Source: Octopus bimaculoides (Eukaryota). From it: DNA of 64,000 nt. The stretch covers positions 198,689,834 through 198,753,833 of the forward strand of contig NC_068981.1 of assembly GCF_001194135.2 (NCBI RefSeq). Reading direction: 5' to 3'. The notes under the pieces were generated by a model. The model saw only the letters and a list, made by a program, of their open reading frames with translations. It was not told where the DNA came from and did no database searches. The position numbers and the translations under genes were made by a program. Within the stretch, counting starts at the first letter, position 1. Each line of letters starts with the position of its first letter. Below are positions 1 through 13,500 of the stretch, in pieces.

Positions 1-586
1 CAGTTTCCATCTACCAAATTCACTCAGCTGACCTTGGTTGGCCTCAGGCTATAGTAGAAGACACTTGCCCAAGGTGCCACACAGTGGCACTGAACCCTAG
101 AACCAAACCATGTGTTTGTGAATCAAACTTCTTACCACCCAGCCACCTCTGTGCTTATGTAAATGTTTTGTGAATGGCTAAACAGGAGATGAAGTAAGCA
201 AATGACACAATCCTTCCAAACTCAAAACGGAAATCTGGAATTTCTTCCACCTGCCGCAGCTAACCCACAGGTGTTGCTCAAACGAAATCTCAATAGCATC
301 AATCTCATAAATATGAGGGATGGGGGACCTGCAAACATCACGGGTATCGCCCTTTCTTTTCTAATTATTCAAGAAGAAACACTTTGGTAAATAACAAAAT
401 TTGTTCACTCATCAAACCCACTTATATGTATTCATAAAAATATGAATTTAATAATGGAAAATAAAATTTATATTTAATTTTAATTCCAATTTACAAATGA
501 AATATCATTAAAATACTCTCTTTTTAAATACTCTCATTTTTAATAGAATGTTGTTGAAATGAGATTGAAATATTTTTTATTTCCAG

Positions 587-619
587 ATTTCGACCCAAGA
601 TATCCTGAAGAAGTTCCTG
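587..619 (+). CDS. Gene A propeptide exon (33 nt, DFDPRYPEEVPG)
   Basis: ttccag/.../gtaagt; same size, phase and similar peptide as gene B exon 57773-57805. Confidence 0.8.
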
Positions 620-665
620 GTAAGTTACATATTATTATTATTATTATTATTATTACTATTATTAC

Positions 666-709
<44 letters not shown>

Positions 710-1093
710 TCACTGCCTGGAATAGAACTCGGAATCTTGGAGTTAGCCTGCACTCTTAACCACTATGCCATATGCACGTGCATATGCCCAAGGGCATATG
801 GCATAGTGGTTAAGAGCGTGTGCTACTAACCCCAAGATTCCGAGTTTGATTGCTATAAGGTAGGAAAGTGGCTGGCGAGCAAAACGGAAGCTTTTCTATG
901 TTCTCATGAGGTCTCTTTCATAACTTATTTCTCTAAATCTTCATTAAATATTCAGGTTTTAAAATAACAGGATGGTTCAGTTGCATTCTTTTTGTCTTTA
1001 ACCTCAAGTTGTAGACATTTTGCCCTATAAGATATTATGTCAATAAAATCAGATACATACACACATATATATATATTGATAATACCCAGCAGT

Positions 1094-1158
<65 letters not shown>

Positions 1159-2478
1159 CCTTTCTTTATTGTAAAGTGTATTCTTATTGTTACTGTTATG
1201 CTTTTTGCCATAAACTTCCATTTCTCACTCATTTGTCTGTCACACTCACACACATGTAATACTCCATAAGTAATTAGCTAATTAACTACTTAACTAATTA
1301 TTATTCAGTTTCATTTGACTGAATGAGTTCTTCAACTTAATTTAATGTAATTACTTTTTGTTCTTCAGGAATGTTCCAAGGTGATATTGATCTTGAAGGC
1401 CGCAACATTTTTGTGAGTATTCTGTTTTACTCTAACAATTGAAGCATGAAAGATGGTTATAAGCCATTTAAGAACACACACACAAAAAAAAAAAAAAATC
1501 CGTTGGATTCACACAGTCTCAGATCAAGTGACTTGCTATGCAAGCACATCTCTGTAATGCTTTACTCTACTTGTACATCTATTCATGTATATAAATATGA
1601 AGATATATAAACATGCATAAATATGAATGAGGTCTAATAAACAGTTGATCTAGCAAGTGAAACCTCAGCTCAGTGGGGAGGGGGAGGGCGTGCAATAATG
1701 GTGTTAAGAGGAAGGCTCCAGGACAGTGTATATTCTCTCTTGATGACCCCATAAGCATGCTTGTGCCCAGTAAATGGAGCTTCCAACTGGCAACACTTGT
1801 GTCTGTAAGTTTTTCGCAAATNNNNNNNNNNNNNNNNNNNNNNNNNNNNNNNNNNTATATATATATATATGTAAATATATATCTATATATCTATGGACTG
1901 ACTGTCTGCCAAGCAAATGGGAAGCAGTAATTGAAGTAGATGGTGAATATGCTCCGGAACAATCATTTAAAGATGTTTTTGTTAAATGTTGTTATTGGTT
2001 TTGTTGAATAAAATTTATTGAAGAAAAGCCGCAGTAATTATGCCCCAACCCAATAGAACCCTTATTAAAGACCAACAGACATTGCTAGGCGCTGACTCTT
2101 TAGCCATATTTCCCTTATCGAATGAAGTGGGGCAGGTGGGATTTCTGTATCCTCTTCTGCCTCTCACTTTACTCCTCAGCTCTTCATGGAATACCACTCA
2201 AACGACTCACCTACTATGATGTCTTCAGACTCTTCATCCTTTGCTGCTATCATATTTTTGTGATCTTGACACAGATGGCTGGAATAACACAAGACAGGGA
2301 ATTCCATTCCAAATTGCCAAAAATCTGGTTAACTGAGTGAAGTGTGGTGCTGCATTCAAGTAATTGCAGAATAGTTGACAGACACTTTGTCTCAACAATG
2401 CGTACTGAGCACTGGTTGGAACCGGTTAAAAGAGCAACATGTCTACAGAAATACACAAAGCAGGATGATGTAGCTGTA

Positions 2479-2530
<52 letters not shown>

Positions 2531-4062
2531 TGATTCAGCCATTTTTACTCGTGCTTTCTTTAAAAATCTCTGTTTGCTTTGTTGTGGAGAAATTTGGTAA
2601 TATCTTGTCACGATGTTCCTGGATTCTGACTGTAATAAAAGATTCTATTAGATAAAGATGTATTTAAGCAATCTGTGAGTATTTGATTTGTAAAGTCAAA
2701 TAGAATAAGAGGTGAACACAATGTAGACACTGATATTCTTTAGGAGATCAATCAATATTAAAAAAAAAAGGAAAAGAATGAAGAGGTAAAGTCAGAAGCA
2801 AAAAATAAATATATAACAAATAAAAAAATAAAGAAGAGTAATTGAAGATTTTGGTAAGAAATCAAAGGATTTTATTGTAATAATGGTTGAGATTAAATAG
2901 AATGGGCAATTCTTTGAAGGATGTTCAATATGTATTAATATTGATAAGCTTATATAGGAATAGCTAACACTTTAGGTTTGGAATGAGATTCATTTTTTCT
3001 TTTTAAATAGATGAGTAAATGAGGTGCTGAGCTGCCTGAGGTTAGCAGTTCAAATCCTGAGCAAGATGTTGTGTTTCTGGACTTGACCACTTACTTTGTG
3101 TCTCTGAGGAATATAACTAGCAGAACATCTTGAGCCCTTTGTTACCATATTTCTGTTGAAATCCGCTGCCTTTGTTTCATTTAATTTTGAAAATAACGAA
3201 GAACTTCAGGAATATAACGTGAAGTTGGTACTGAGAAGATAAATTATGATGAATGTTTGATGGCAGGTTTTCATTGCGATCATATTAAAACAGGAAGTTT
3301 GTATCATTGAACCCAGGGGCAGTCTCTCAAGAAAAGGTTATTAACATAAAAAAACACCAAAAGGAATTCATCTGAATCGCATTTATTCCTTTCTTCCACA
3401 CTTTTTTGTCTTCCATCACTTCTACCACAGTTTTTGTTTTCTAATGTTTTTCTCCTCTGGCAACTGTTGCACATAGGCTCAACAATGTCAGACTCTTATC
3501 CTTTTACCACGTATTGGTTCCCATAATAATGCCCCCCCCCCCCGCAAATGTCTTACAAACTTAAGTCCATGCTGTTTGATGGTTTCTGTTAATCAGCTTC
3601 ACCATCCTTTAACATCTGTTTTCCATTCTAACATGAGATGCAGGGTTTGCCAGATGCTGGCAAGGTCAGAAGCTACACCACGTCCCATTCTCTATTTTGA
3701 CATGGTTTCTATTGCTGCAAGCTCTTCCTAATGCCAACCATTTTACAGAACGGTCTGGGTGCCCTTTACATGGCACCAGCACCAGCAAGGTCACCAAGTA
3801 CCTTGCAAGACTAAAAAAAAAAAAGAATGGTAACATTCCCATATAATCCATAGTTGGCAAATGTTGCTTCCAAGAAGCACTCCCTGCTTTCCTAAACCGC
3901 TCAGTATATGCTCCATTTAATCTGGTCTGTGCTACTTTCGTAAGCGTCCCATCTTCAGATCCACAAACCAACTCAGAACAGCCATCGAAAGCAAAACAGA
4001 ACACTACATAAAAGTCAGCATTAAGCAACAGGCTTGATGACAACACTACCTCTACTACTACT

Positions 4063-4127
<65 letters not shown>

Positions 4128-4201
4128 CACTACTACTACTACTATTACTACTACCACCACCACCACCACTACCTCTACTACTACTACCACCACCACTACC
4201 T

Positions 4202-4241
<40 letters not shown>

Positions 4242-4248
4242 CACCACC

Positions 4249-4310
<62 letters not shown>

Positions 4311-4312
4311 CT

Positions 4313-4393
<81 letters not shown>

Positions 4394-6192
4394 AATTTAA
4401 GGTTGATATTTTCTGTACCACACAGTCCCGCAATGCAATTGGCTCAGCCAAGAAGAAGTGGCCCAGCACAACAATTCCTTTCAAAATCCATTCCTATTTC
4501 AGTAAGTACCGCTTCCTGTCATACTTCCATTGCAGTCTCTTTAATTTTTGTATTTCAAATAGTCTTGGATGACTAAATCATTAAAATACCAAACAACTAA
4601 CTCTAAAGAACACATTGCCATTGTCAACGATCACATGGAAGAAGATTGGGCACAATATGTCCAGGTGTGGCCAATCAGTCCGATGCATGCTCAGAAAGCT
4701 GTGCCACAGGTCAAGCATTGGTGGTCTGTTGAGACATGAAGGTGTGGTGTTGGCTCTGGACTTGTGCAATTCATGCTTTCTTTGGGCCTCTGCAATCCTT
4801 CAAAAGAGGTGACACCTCAGTCAACACAGCTTCACCAGACAGGACAGTCTTGTGCTTGTGTTGTTCAAATGCTGGGGTTGATCTCAAGGCTCATCAATGA
4901 GGCTTTGTGTGTGTCCACCTTGCATGTGCTTTCCCTCTTCCAGTTTCTTAGGGGTTTTGTGTGTCAGGCATTTGAACAAGGTGGCCTGCTCACCTGACTT
5001 GTGCTCTCCACAGCAGTGTGTAAATGCTTGGCAAATCAGCTCAAGAGGGGAACTCCTTTTCCTACATACATACATACATACAGACATACATACATGCATA
5101 CATATGTATGTATGTATGTATGGTATATATGTATGCATGTATTTGGTGTTAAGAAGGGTGTTGATTCATAGAAACTATGGCAAAGCTAACATTGGAGCCT
5201 GCTGTGGCCTTGCAGCTCACTGGAACCTATCAAATTGATCACCCCATGCCAAAATGGGACGTGAATTTTAAATGATGATGATGATGATGATGATAATGAT
5301 GATAATCTACACGTATATGTATACATACATATACACATACATTTACACAAATATATATACATATGTGTATGTGTGAGAGTCGTCTAAAAGTCTATAAGTC
5401 ATAATGAGAGCGTAGTGAATGCTTTTACATGCCAGTGACACTGGTATCTGCCACGACTGCGATTGTGCTCAGCTTGATGGGTCTTCTTCTCAAGCACGAC
5501 ATAATGCCAAAGGTCTCGGTCATTGCCGCCATGAGGCTCAACACTCGAAAAGAGCTTTAGAGCTTTTCACATGCCACTGGCATCAGTCACTTTGCCCCCA
5601 TGAGGCCCAACGCTTGAAAGGTGCTTTATACGTGCCACAGGCATGAGTGCCAGTTACATAACACCAGCATCAGACACGACTATGGTCTCACTTGGTTTGA
5701 TGGGTCTTCTCAAGCACAGTGTATTGCCAAAGGTTTTGGTCACCAGTCATTGCCTCTGTATCATCATCACCATCATCATCATCATTTAATGTCTACTTTC
5801 ATGCTGGCATGGATTGGACAGTTTGACTGGGAGCTGGCAAGCCAGATGGTTGCACCAGGCTCCAATCTGATTTGGCAAAGTTTCTACAGCTGGATGCCCT
5901 TCCTAATGCCAACCACTCCGAGAGTGTAGTGGGTGATTTTACATGCCACCAGCACGAGGGTCAGTCAGGTCGTACTGGTGATGGCCATGCTCAAATGGTG
6001 CTTTTTATGTGCCACCTGCACAGGAGCCAGTCCAGCAGCAGTGGCAACGTTCCTTGCTTGAATGTTGTTTTTCATGAGCTACAGGCACAAGTGCCANNNN
6101 NNNNNNNNNNNNNNNNNNNNNNNNNNNNNNNNNNNNNNNNNNNNNNNNNNNNNNNNNNNNNNNNNNNNNNNNNNNNNNNNNNNNNNNNNNTA

Positions 6193-6245
<53 letters not shown>

Positions 6246-6708
6246 ATATATATATATTTGGAGAGAAGATTTTTTTTTCAAAGAGTTAAGATCGAGAAAA
6301 GAACCTTTTTAGAAAGTCGAAAGACACTAACCCATGTCTATTTCTTATTTTTAATAAAATATTTTTGTTACCCAATGACATAACCATTCTTTGAATGAAG
6401 CAATGTCTTAGGTTGAGTCCATTTCAAGCGTTCTTTTTGTTCATGTCTATCAACTGGTAATGTTTCACTTGTTCAACTGGAAATTCACTAATTTTGGAAA
6501 GCCTTCATAACATTGTGAGGATATTAAAATTAATTTTAACAATAGGCGTAGCTGTGTGGTAAGAAGCTTGCTTCCCAACCACATGGTTTTAGGTTCAGTC
6601 CTACTGCATGACATCTTGGGCAAGTGTCTCCTACTATAACCTTGGACCAATCAAAGCTTTTTGAGTGTATTTGGTAGACAGAAACTGAAAGAAGCCCGTC
6701 ACACACAC

Positions 6709-6746
<38 letters not shown>

Positions 6747-8184
6747 GTGTGGGTGTTTTTTGTGTCTCTGTTTGTCCCCCCCACCATCGCTTGGCAACCG
6801 ATGTTGGTGTGTTTATGTCCCTCTAACTTAGTGGTTCAGCTAAAGAAACCAATAGAATAAGTACTAGGCTTACTAAGAAGTCCTGGGGTCGATTTCTTCA
6901 GCTAAAACCTTTTACCATCTCTTAAGCTTTGCTGAATCTTCTTTCAATTTAGTGTTGTTTCTCTGTTAATACAGCCACCACCACCACCACCACCACCACC
7001 TCCACCACCAACACCACCACCGCCACCACCACCNNNNNNNNNNNNNNNNNNNNNNNNNNNNNNNNNNNNNNNNNNNNNNNNNNNNNNNNNNNNNNNNNNN
7101 NNNNNNNNNNNNNNNNNNNNNNNNNNNNNNNNNNNNNNNNNNNNNNNNNNNNNNNNNNNNNNNNNNNNNNNNNNNNNNNNNNNNNNNNNNNNNNNNNNNN
7201 NNNNNNNNNNNNNNNNNNNNNNNNNNNNNNNNNNNNNNNNNNNNNNNNNNNNNNNNNNNNNNNNNNNNNNNNNNNNNNNNNNNNNNNNNNNNNNNNNNNN
7301 NNNNNNNNNNNNNNNNNNNNNNNNNNNNNNNNNNNNNNNNNNNNNNNNNNNNNNNNNNNNNNNNNNNNNNNNNNNNNNNNNNNNNNNNNNNNNNNNNNNN
7401 NNNNNNNNNNNNNNNNNNNNNNNNNNNNNNNNNNNNNNNNNNNNNNNNNNNNNNNNNNNNNNNNNNNNNNNNNNNNNNNNNNNNNNNNNNNNNNNNNNNN
7501 NNNNNNNNNNNNNNNNNNNNNNNNNNNNNNNNNNNNNNNNATTGGACAAAATGGCTTCTATTTAGTTACAGTTCTTCAAGCTCTGAGTTTAAACCTTGCT
7601 TAGGAACATGCATACACATGTATGTTTGTATATATATATATATATATGTATATACAACATCATCATCGTTTAACGTCCGCTTTCCATGCTAGCATGGGTT
7701 GGACGGTTTGACTGAGGACTGGCAAGCCCGAAGGCTGCACCAGGCTCCAATCTGATTTGGCAGAGTTTCTACAGCTGGATGCCCTTCCTAACGCCAACCA
7801 CTTTGAGAGTATAGTGGGTGCTTTTTACGTGCCACCGGCATGAGGGTCAGTCCTGCGGTACTGGCAACGGCCACGCTCAAATGGTGTTTTTTATGTGCCA
7901 CCTGTCCGATATAAGGCAGCTTGTACTATTCAAGCATTGTGATAAGATACAAAGGCAACCACGTGTTTGCTTGTAATAATTCATTTACATACAGTATAAA
8001 TGTGTGTGTGTGTGTGTGAAAGGTGGTTGGTGTTAGGAAGGGCATCTGGCCATAAATACCATGCTAAAACAGACAGTGAAGCCTGGTGCAGCCCTCTAGC
8101 TTATCTAGTCCTGTCAAAGCATCCAACCCATGCCAGCATTGGAAACAGACGTCAAATGATAATGATGATGATGATGATGAGAAT

Positions 8185-8219
<35 letters not shown>

Positions 8220-10524
8220 GTGCCTGCATACATGTAAACATAGAGCTGCTACCAGTCTCACTAATGCTGGTCCCACAAAAAAGCAAAAGCATCCAGTCCA
8301 TGCTGTAAAGTGGTCAATGTTAGGAAGGGCAGAAATGAACCCTACAAATGAAACCTGTGCAATCTGTCCTTCCTGAGCCCAAATGGCAAGTTGATGTCAT
8401 CGATGATGAAGAGGATGACGATGATGATGTGGATGATGATGAGGATGAGGAGGAGAGAGAACAATGGGAGGCTCATGATGATGATGATGGTGATGGTGAT
8501 AATGTTATGTAACCAAGCTAATATGGACCTAGGAATTCCAACAAGCTCATATCCAAATTTGAGCCATATGTTGCCAAAACCTAGCCTAAACTCCGCCATA
8601 TTTTATGAAGATTTCATTTTGTTTTGTATTTTGATTGTATTGTTTTATTCCCTTTGAACGCAGATGCCATAGTCCTGTTGGATTCAAAGACAAAAGCCAA
8701 GGCGTATCCCTTGGATTTGGTTGTCGAGACATGGGCACGGTTGTACATGAAACATTGCACAATTTGGGATTCTATCATGAACAGAGTCGGCCTGATAGAG
8801 ACTTGTACATCAAATTAAACATGACCAATGTCCAAAAAGGTGAGATGCTTGTCTCTTATCACCTGCTTATTTACAATTATAAATCCCTTAATTGAGATTC
8901 CTACATCGTTATGAATTGATTTTCACCATACAGCATAATTACAGAACAGTTTAGTAAAAGAATGATTGGTATTGTTTTCTGACTCTGGAAGGTGTGGTTG
9001 TGCAGGTGAGAAGGTTCTGTCCCACAGTGGAACAGTGGAGCACCTTGGCCAAGTGTCTTCTGCTATAAGCCTTAGGTTCTACAAAGCCTTGTGAGTAAAT
9101 TTGATAAATGGAATGTGAAAGAAACCTATTGCAAATGTATGTGTCATCATCATCATCATCATCATCGTCATTTAACGTCTGTCCTCCATGCTGGCATGGG
9201 TTGGACAGTTCGACTGGAGTCTGGGAAGCCAGGAGGCCACACCAGAGTCCAGTCTGATCTGGCAGTATTTCTACAACTGGATGCCCTTCCTAACGCCAAC
9301 CACTCTGTGAGTGTAGTGGGTGCTTTTTACATGCCATCGGCACAGGGGCCAGAGGGGGCTGGCAATGACCATGATCGGTTGGTGCTTTCTACATGCCACT
9401 GGCACGGAAGGCAGTCAAGGTGGCGCTGGCATCGGCCAAGTTCAGATGGTGCTTTTTATGTGCTACCCTCACCGGGCTCACAACTACAGTTTCCATTTGA
9501 TTTGATTTTGATATTGATGTTGATGTTGATGTACTTGACTCAATAGGTCTCCTCAAGCATGGCATGTCATCCTACAATCCAAGATACTTTTGAGTTGGCT
9601 GGCTATGCAACACTGGTGAAGGTTACAGCTGTGAACTCACTTTATTTGCCGGGTCTTCTCAGTCACAGCAGATCTCCAGAGGTCTTGGTCTTTCGTCGTT
9701 GCCTCTGTGAGGCCCAACGTTCGAAGGTCATGCTTCACCACCTCATCCCATGTCTTCCTGGCTCTCCCTCTACCCCGGATTCCTTCCACTGTTTGGGAGT
9801 GGTACTTCCTCATCCAGCCGTAACATATGACCATACCAATGCAAATATCTCTCTTGCATGCTACATCCAATGCTTCTTATGTCTAACATTTCTCTCAGGG
9901 TGCTTACAATCTGTCGTGTGTGCACACATACATACACACACACACACACGTACACATTTATATACAAGGTCATTCAAAAAGAAAGAGCAGATTTCAAATT
10001 TATTTTTAAACCAAACGGTAAGAGACACAAACACATTCTACATATTTCTTGATAGGGAAAGGTTCAAAGTTTATTTAAAGGTAGTATGCACTCAACATGA
10101 GCATCCTGAGCACCGGTGATTTTTCCTCTGCAAATGCAACCTTTTTCTGTGAAATTTTTATACCATTCCTAAATTTTTTTGTGATGAGGTGGATTTTTAT
10201 TGAATTGGCAGCAAAATTCACGTTGCATTTGTACAATCAATCGACACTTCTCAAACTGCAGCACACAAAAGGGCCTTTCTTGTGGCGTTGCCATTTTCTA
10301 AGGGATTACATAAATGAAAATTATACAATTTTAAATAAAATGAACAAAATGAAGCATAAAAACAAAATTAAAATATTATTTTATTTATGGCTGAATTCAA
10401 TTGATGATGTTCAGCTATAAACTTTAAACCTTCTCCTATCAACAAATATGTAGAATGTGTTTGTGTCTCTTACCGTTTGGTTTAAAGATAAATTTGAAAT
10501 CTGCTCTTTCTTTTTGAATAGCCC

Positions 10525-10582
<58 letters not shown>

Positions 10583-13500
10583 CATATATATATATGTATA
10601 GGTTGACGGAAGTAGTTGGGTTTACGTTTAGTTGAATACAATAAATGAGAGATGACTTTCCCCATGGAGAAGATGTCAGTCACTCACAAGTGATATTCAT
10701 CTGCTGTTTCTCAGAGTCAGTTGAAGTGAACAATATATATTAATAAAACAAACTGCCTTGCTGCAGACTTGAACTGACACCTCTTAGGTTAGTAAAGCAA
10801 CATGTTGCTGGCAAAGTCATGTCTTATCTGCTTGTGAAACCACGGGATCAATTTGTTTGAAGAATTATTTTTTACCTCCACTTCTACTTATTTTGAATGT
10901 TTCCTTAAAACACAACCCCTCCTCCTCCTCTCTATCACATTCTTTTATAATCCAGTTCCCCCTCCCCTCCAATCTCTACTCCCAATGTTTAGATTTTGGT
11001 TTGGTTTTTTTCTTTCAGGTCATGAAAAAAATTTCTTGAAAATGTATCCCCCATTGATTGACACTCAGAACCTGCCATACGACTACAATTCCATCATGCA
11101 TTATGGACCTCACGCTTTTGCAATAGACCGTGCCATTCCAACAATTATTCCTCTGAAAAAAAATGTAGTTATTGGACAACGTAGTGGCATGAGTCAATTG
11201 GACATCATCCAGCTTCAAAGACTCTACAAATGTCCAGAACGACAATACATTCCTATACAAGATGGTAAAAACCTTCAACTTTATGCCACGTGTTTTATTC
11301 GTAATAACCAACAGTGTTTTCTGTGTAGTAAACCTGTAATGTTTTCTTGATAATAATCTGTTGTGTATTAAATGGAATAACACACAGCTTTTTCCTTTGT
11401 AATAACACACAGAGTTTTAATTAGGAATAATCTGCAGTGTTTTATTCGTTATAACCTGTCGCACTTTCTTAGTAATAACCTACAATATTTTGTTTTTGTA
11501 ATAACCAACAGTGTTTATTTGTAATAACATGCAATGTTTTCTTTGTAATAACTGGTGGTGTTTTATCCCTCCGTAGCTAAGAACCCACCACCATCATCAT
11601 CATCATCATCATCACCATCACCATTATCACCATCACCATCATTGTCATCATCGTTATCATCATTCTAATTAGTATTATCAAGAATATTCTTGCCTCTTTT
11701 CTAGGCCACACAGTGAGTCCCAACTGTACGTTTGACGGAGGATTGTGTGGCTGGCAAAATGTCACAATGGATCCGTCAATAAAGAATAACACTTGGCTCC
11801 GTCAAAATGCTGAAACTCTAAGTTTACACACTGGGCCCTTGATGGATCATACAATTGGTGCTGTAGATGGTAAGCTATGCTTTTTATTTTCTATCTTGAA
11901 GGGCAGGAAACTGGCAGAAGTGTTAGCACGCCGGGTGAAATGCTTTGCGCCATTTTGCCTGTTGCTATGTTCTGAGTTCAAATTCCATTGAGGTCGAGTT
12001 TCCCTTTCATCCTTTTGGAGTCGATAAATTAAGTATCAGTTGTGTACTGGAGGTCGGTCTAAACAACTGCCCTCACCCTTCCTCAAAAATTTCGGGCTTT
12101 GTGCCTAGAGTAAAAAAGAATATTTTCTATCTTGAAATATAGTAAAACAGGCGATGGAGTCTCAGCCGGGACTCAGACTCAGACTCAGACTCAAGCATTT
12201 ACTTCTTTAGTATTTCTCCCATTTATAGGTTTTCTTTGTTATTTCTAACTGGCAGAATCAGTAAAGTATCAGAAAAATACCTTGTGGTATTTATGTCCCT
12301 TTACATTCTGAGTTGACTTTACACGTTTTCCTTCCTAGTTTCACAATACAAATATGAGACAAACTAATGAAGTAGAAACCTTATAAGGTGCTGCTACAGT
12401 ATGGCCACACTCCAGTGACTGAGACGAGTAAAAAATAACAAACTCACTGTATGTGAGAGTCCTGCAAAATGGTAAGAAGGTCCCTTCAAGAGTGCGTTTG
12501 GTTCCTAGGTTTTTACCATTTTACTTCTCTTCCTCTTTATTTTTATCTCTTTTCGCCCCCACCCCTAACATTGCCATTTCTCTTTAAAATAAGAGGAACC
12601 ATGGAGCTCGTCTACAACAACAATTCTATTCTGACCCTTTCTAGCATATTCTAAGCAGTCATCCCTTAACATCCCTCTCTCTCTCTCCCTCTCTCTCTCT
12701 CCCTCTCTCTCTCCCTTCTCTCTCTTTCACTCTCTCTGTTTCTCTCTCTCTCTTTCTCTCTCTCTTTCCCTCTCTCTCTCTACTGTAACCCTACTCAGAT
12801 GAAATGGATCCCAATCTTCCAAGCTACATGGTAACTTCATTAATGCTGGTGCCACATAAAAAGCCCTCAGTATGCTCCGTAAAGTGGTTGGTGTTAAGAA
12901 GGGTATCCAGTCATGGAAACCATACCAAAGCAGATTCTGAAGCAGTGTGCAGTCCAAAGACCCAACGGATCCTATGAAACCATCCAAGTCATGCCAGCAA
13001 GGAACACGGCCATTAAAAGATGAAAGAAAATATTTTGAATAAATAGAAACTGTTAGGAAAGGGGAAATAACTCCTACAGAAGTCATAGAACTCCGTAACT
13101 AATCCTTTCTGTTAGAGGCACAAGGCCTGAAATTTTGTGGAAGGAGTTAAGTCGATTATATCGACCTCAGTATGAAACTGGTACTTATTTTATTAACCCC
13201 CCCCCCCCAAAGTCGACCTCGACGGAATTTGAACTCCGAATGTAAAGACGGATGAAATGCCACCAAACATTTCGCCCAGTATCCCAAGGACTCTGTCAGC
13301 TTGCCGTTTAACGTCCGCTTTCCGTGCTGGCATGGGTTGGACGATTTGACTGAGGACTGGTGAACCAGATGGCTGTACCATGTTCCAATCTGATCTGGCA
13401 AGGTTTCTACAGCTGGATGCCCTTCCTAACACCAACCACTCCAAGAGTGTAGTGGGTACTTTTTATGTGTCACCCGCACAAAAGCCAGTAGGGGTGGTGA

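Noticed and set aside
202-390. Possible upstream exon of gene A (271-343, VLLKRNLNSINLINMRDGGPANIT)
   Set aside because: Weak splice sites, no match in gene B, not signal-peptide-like.
793-853. tRNA gene (also 6545 and 62730)
   Set aside because: Only A/B-box-like heads continuing into repeat bodies, with no complete cloverleaf; SINE-derived.
3666-4576. Long poly-Val / poly-Leu-Pro ORFs and similar poly-Ile, His-Thr, Cys-Val, Tyr-Ile ORFs throughout
   Set aside because: Translations of microsatellites; no splice or homology support.
6955-7033. Acceptor-like TTTCTCTGTTAATACAG followed by (CCA)n, a possible poly-Thr/Pro exon in gene A
   Set aside because: No counterpart in gene B and not similar to the expected 136-nt exon; runs into a gap, so it cannot be excluded fully.
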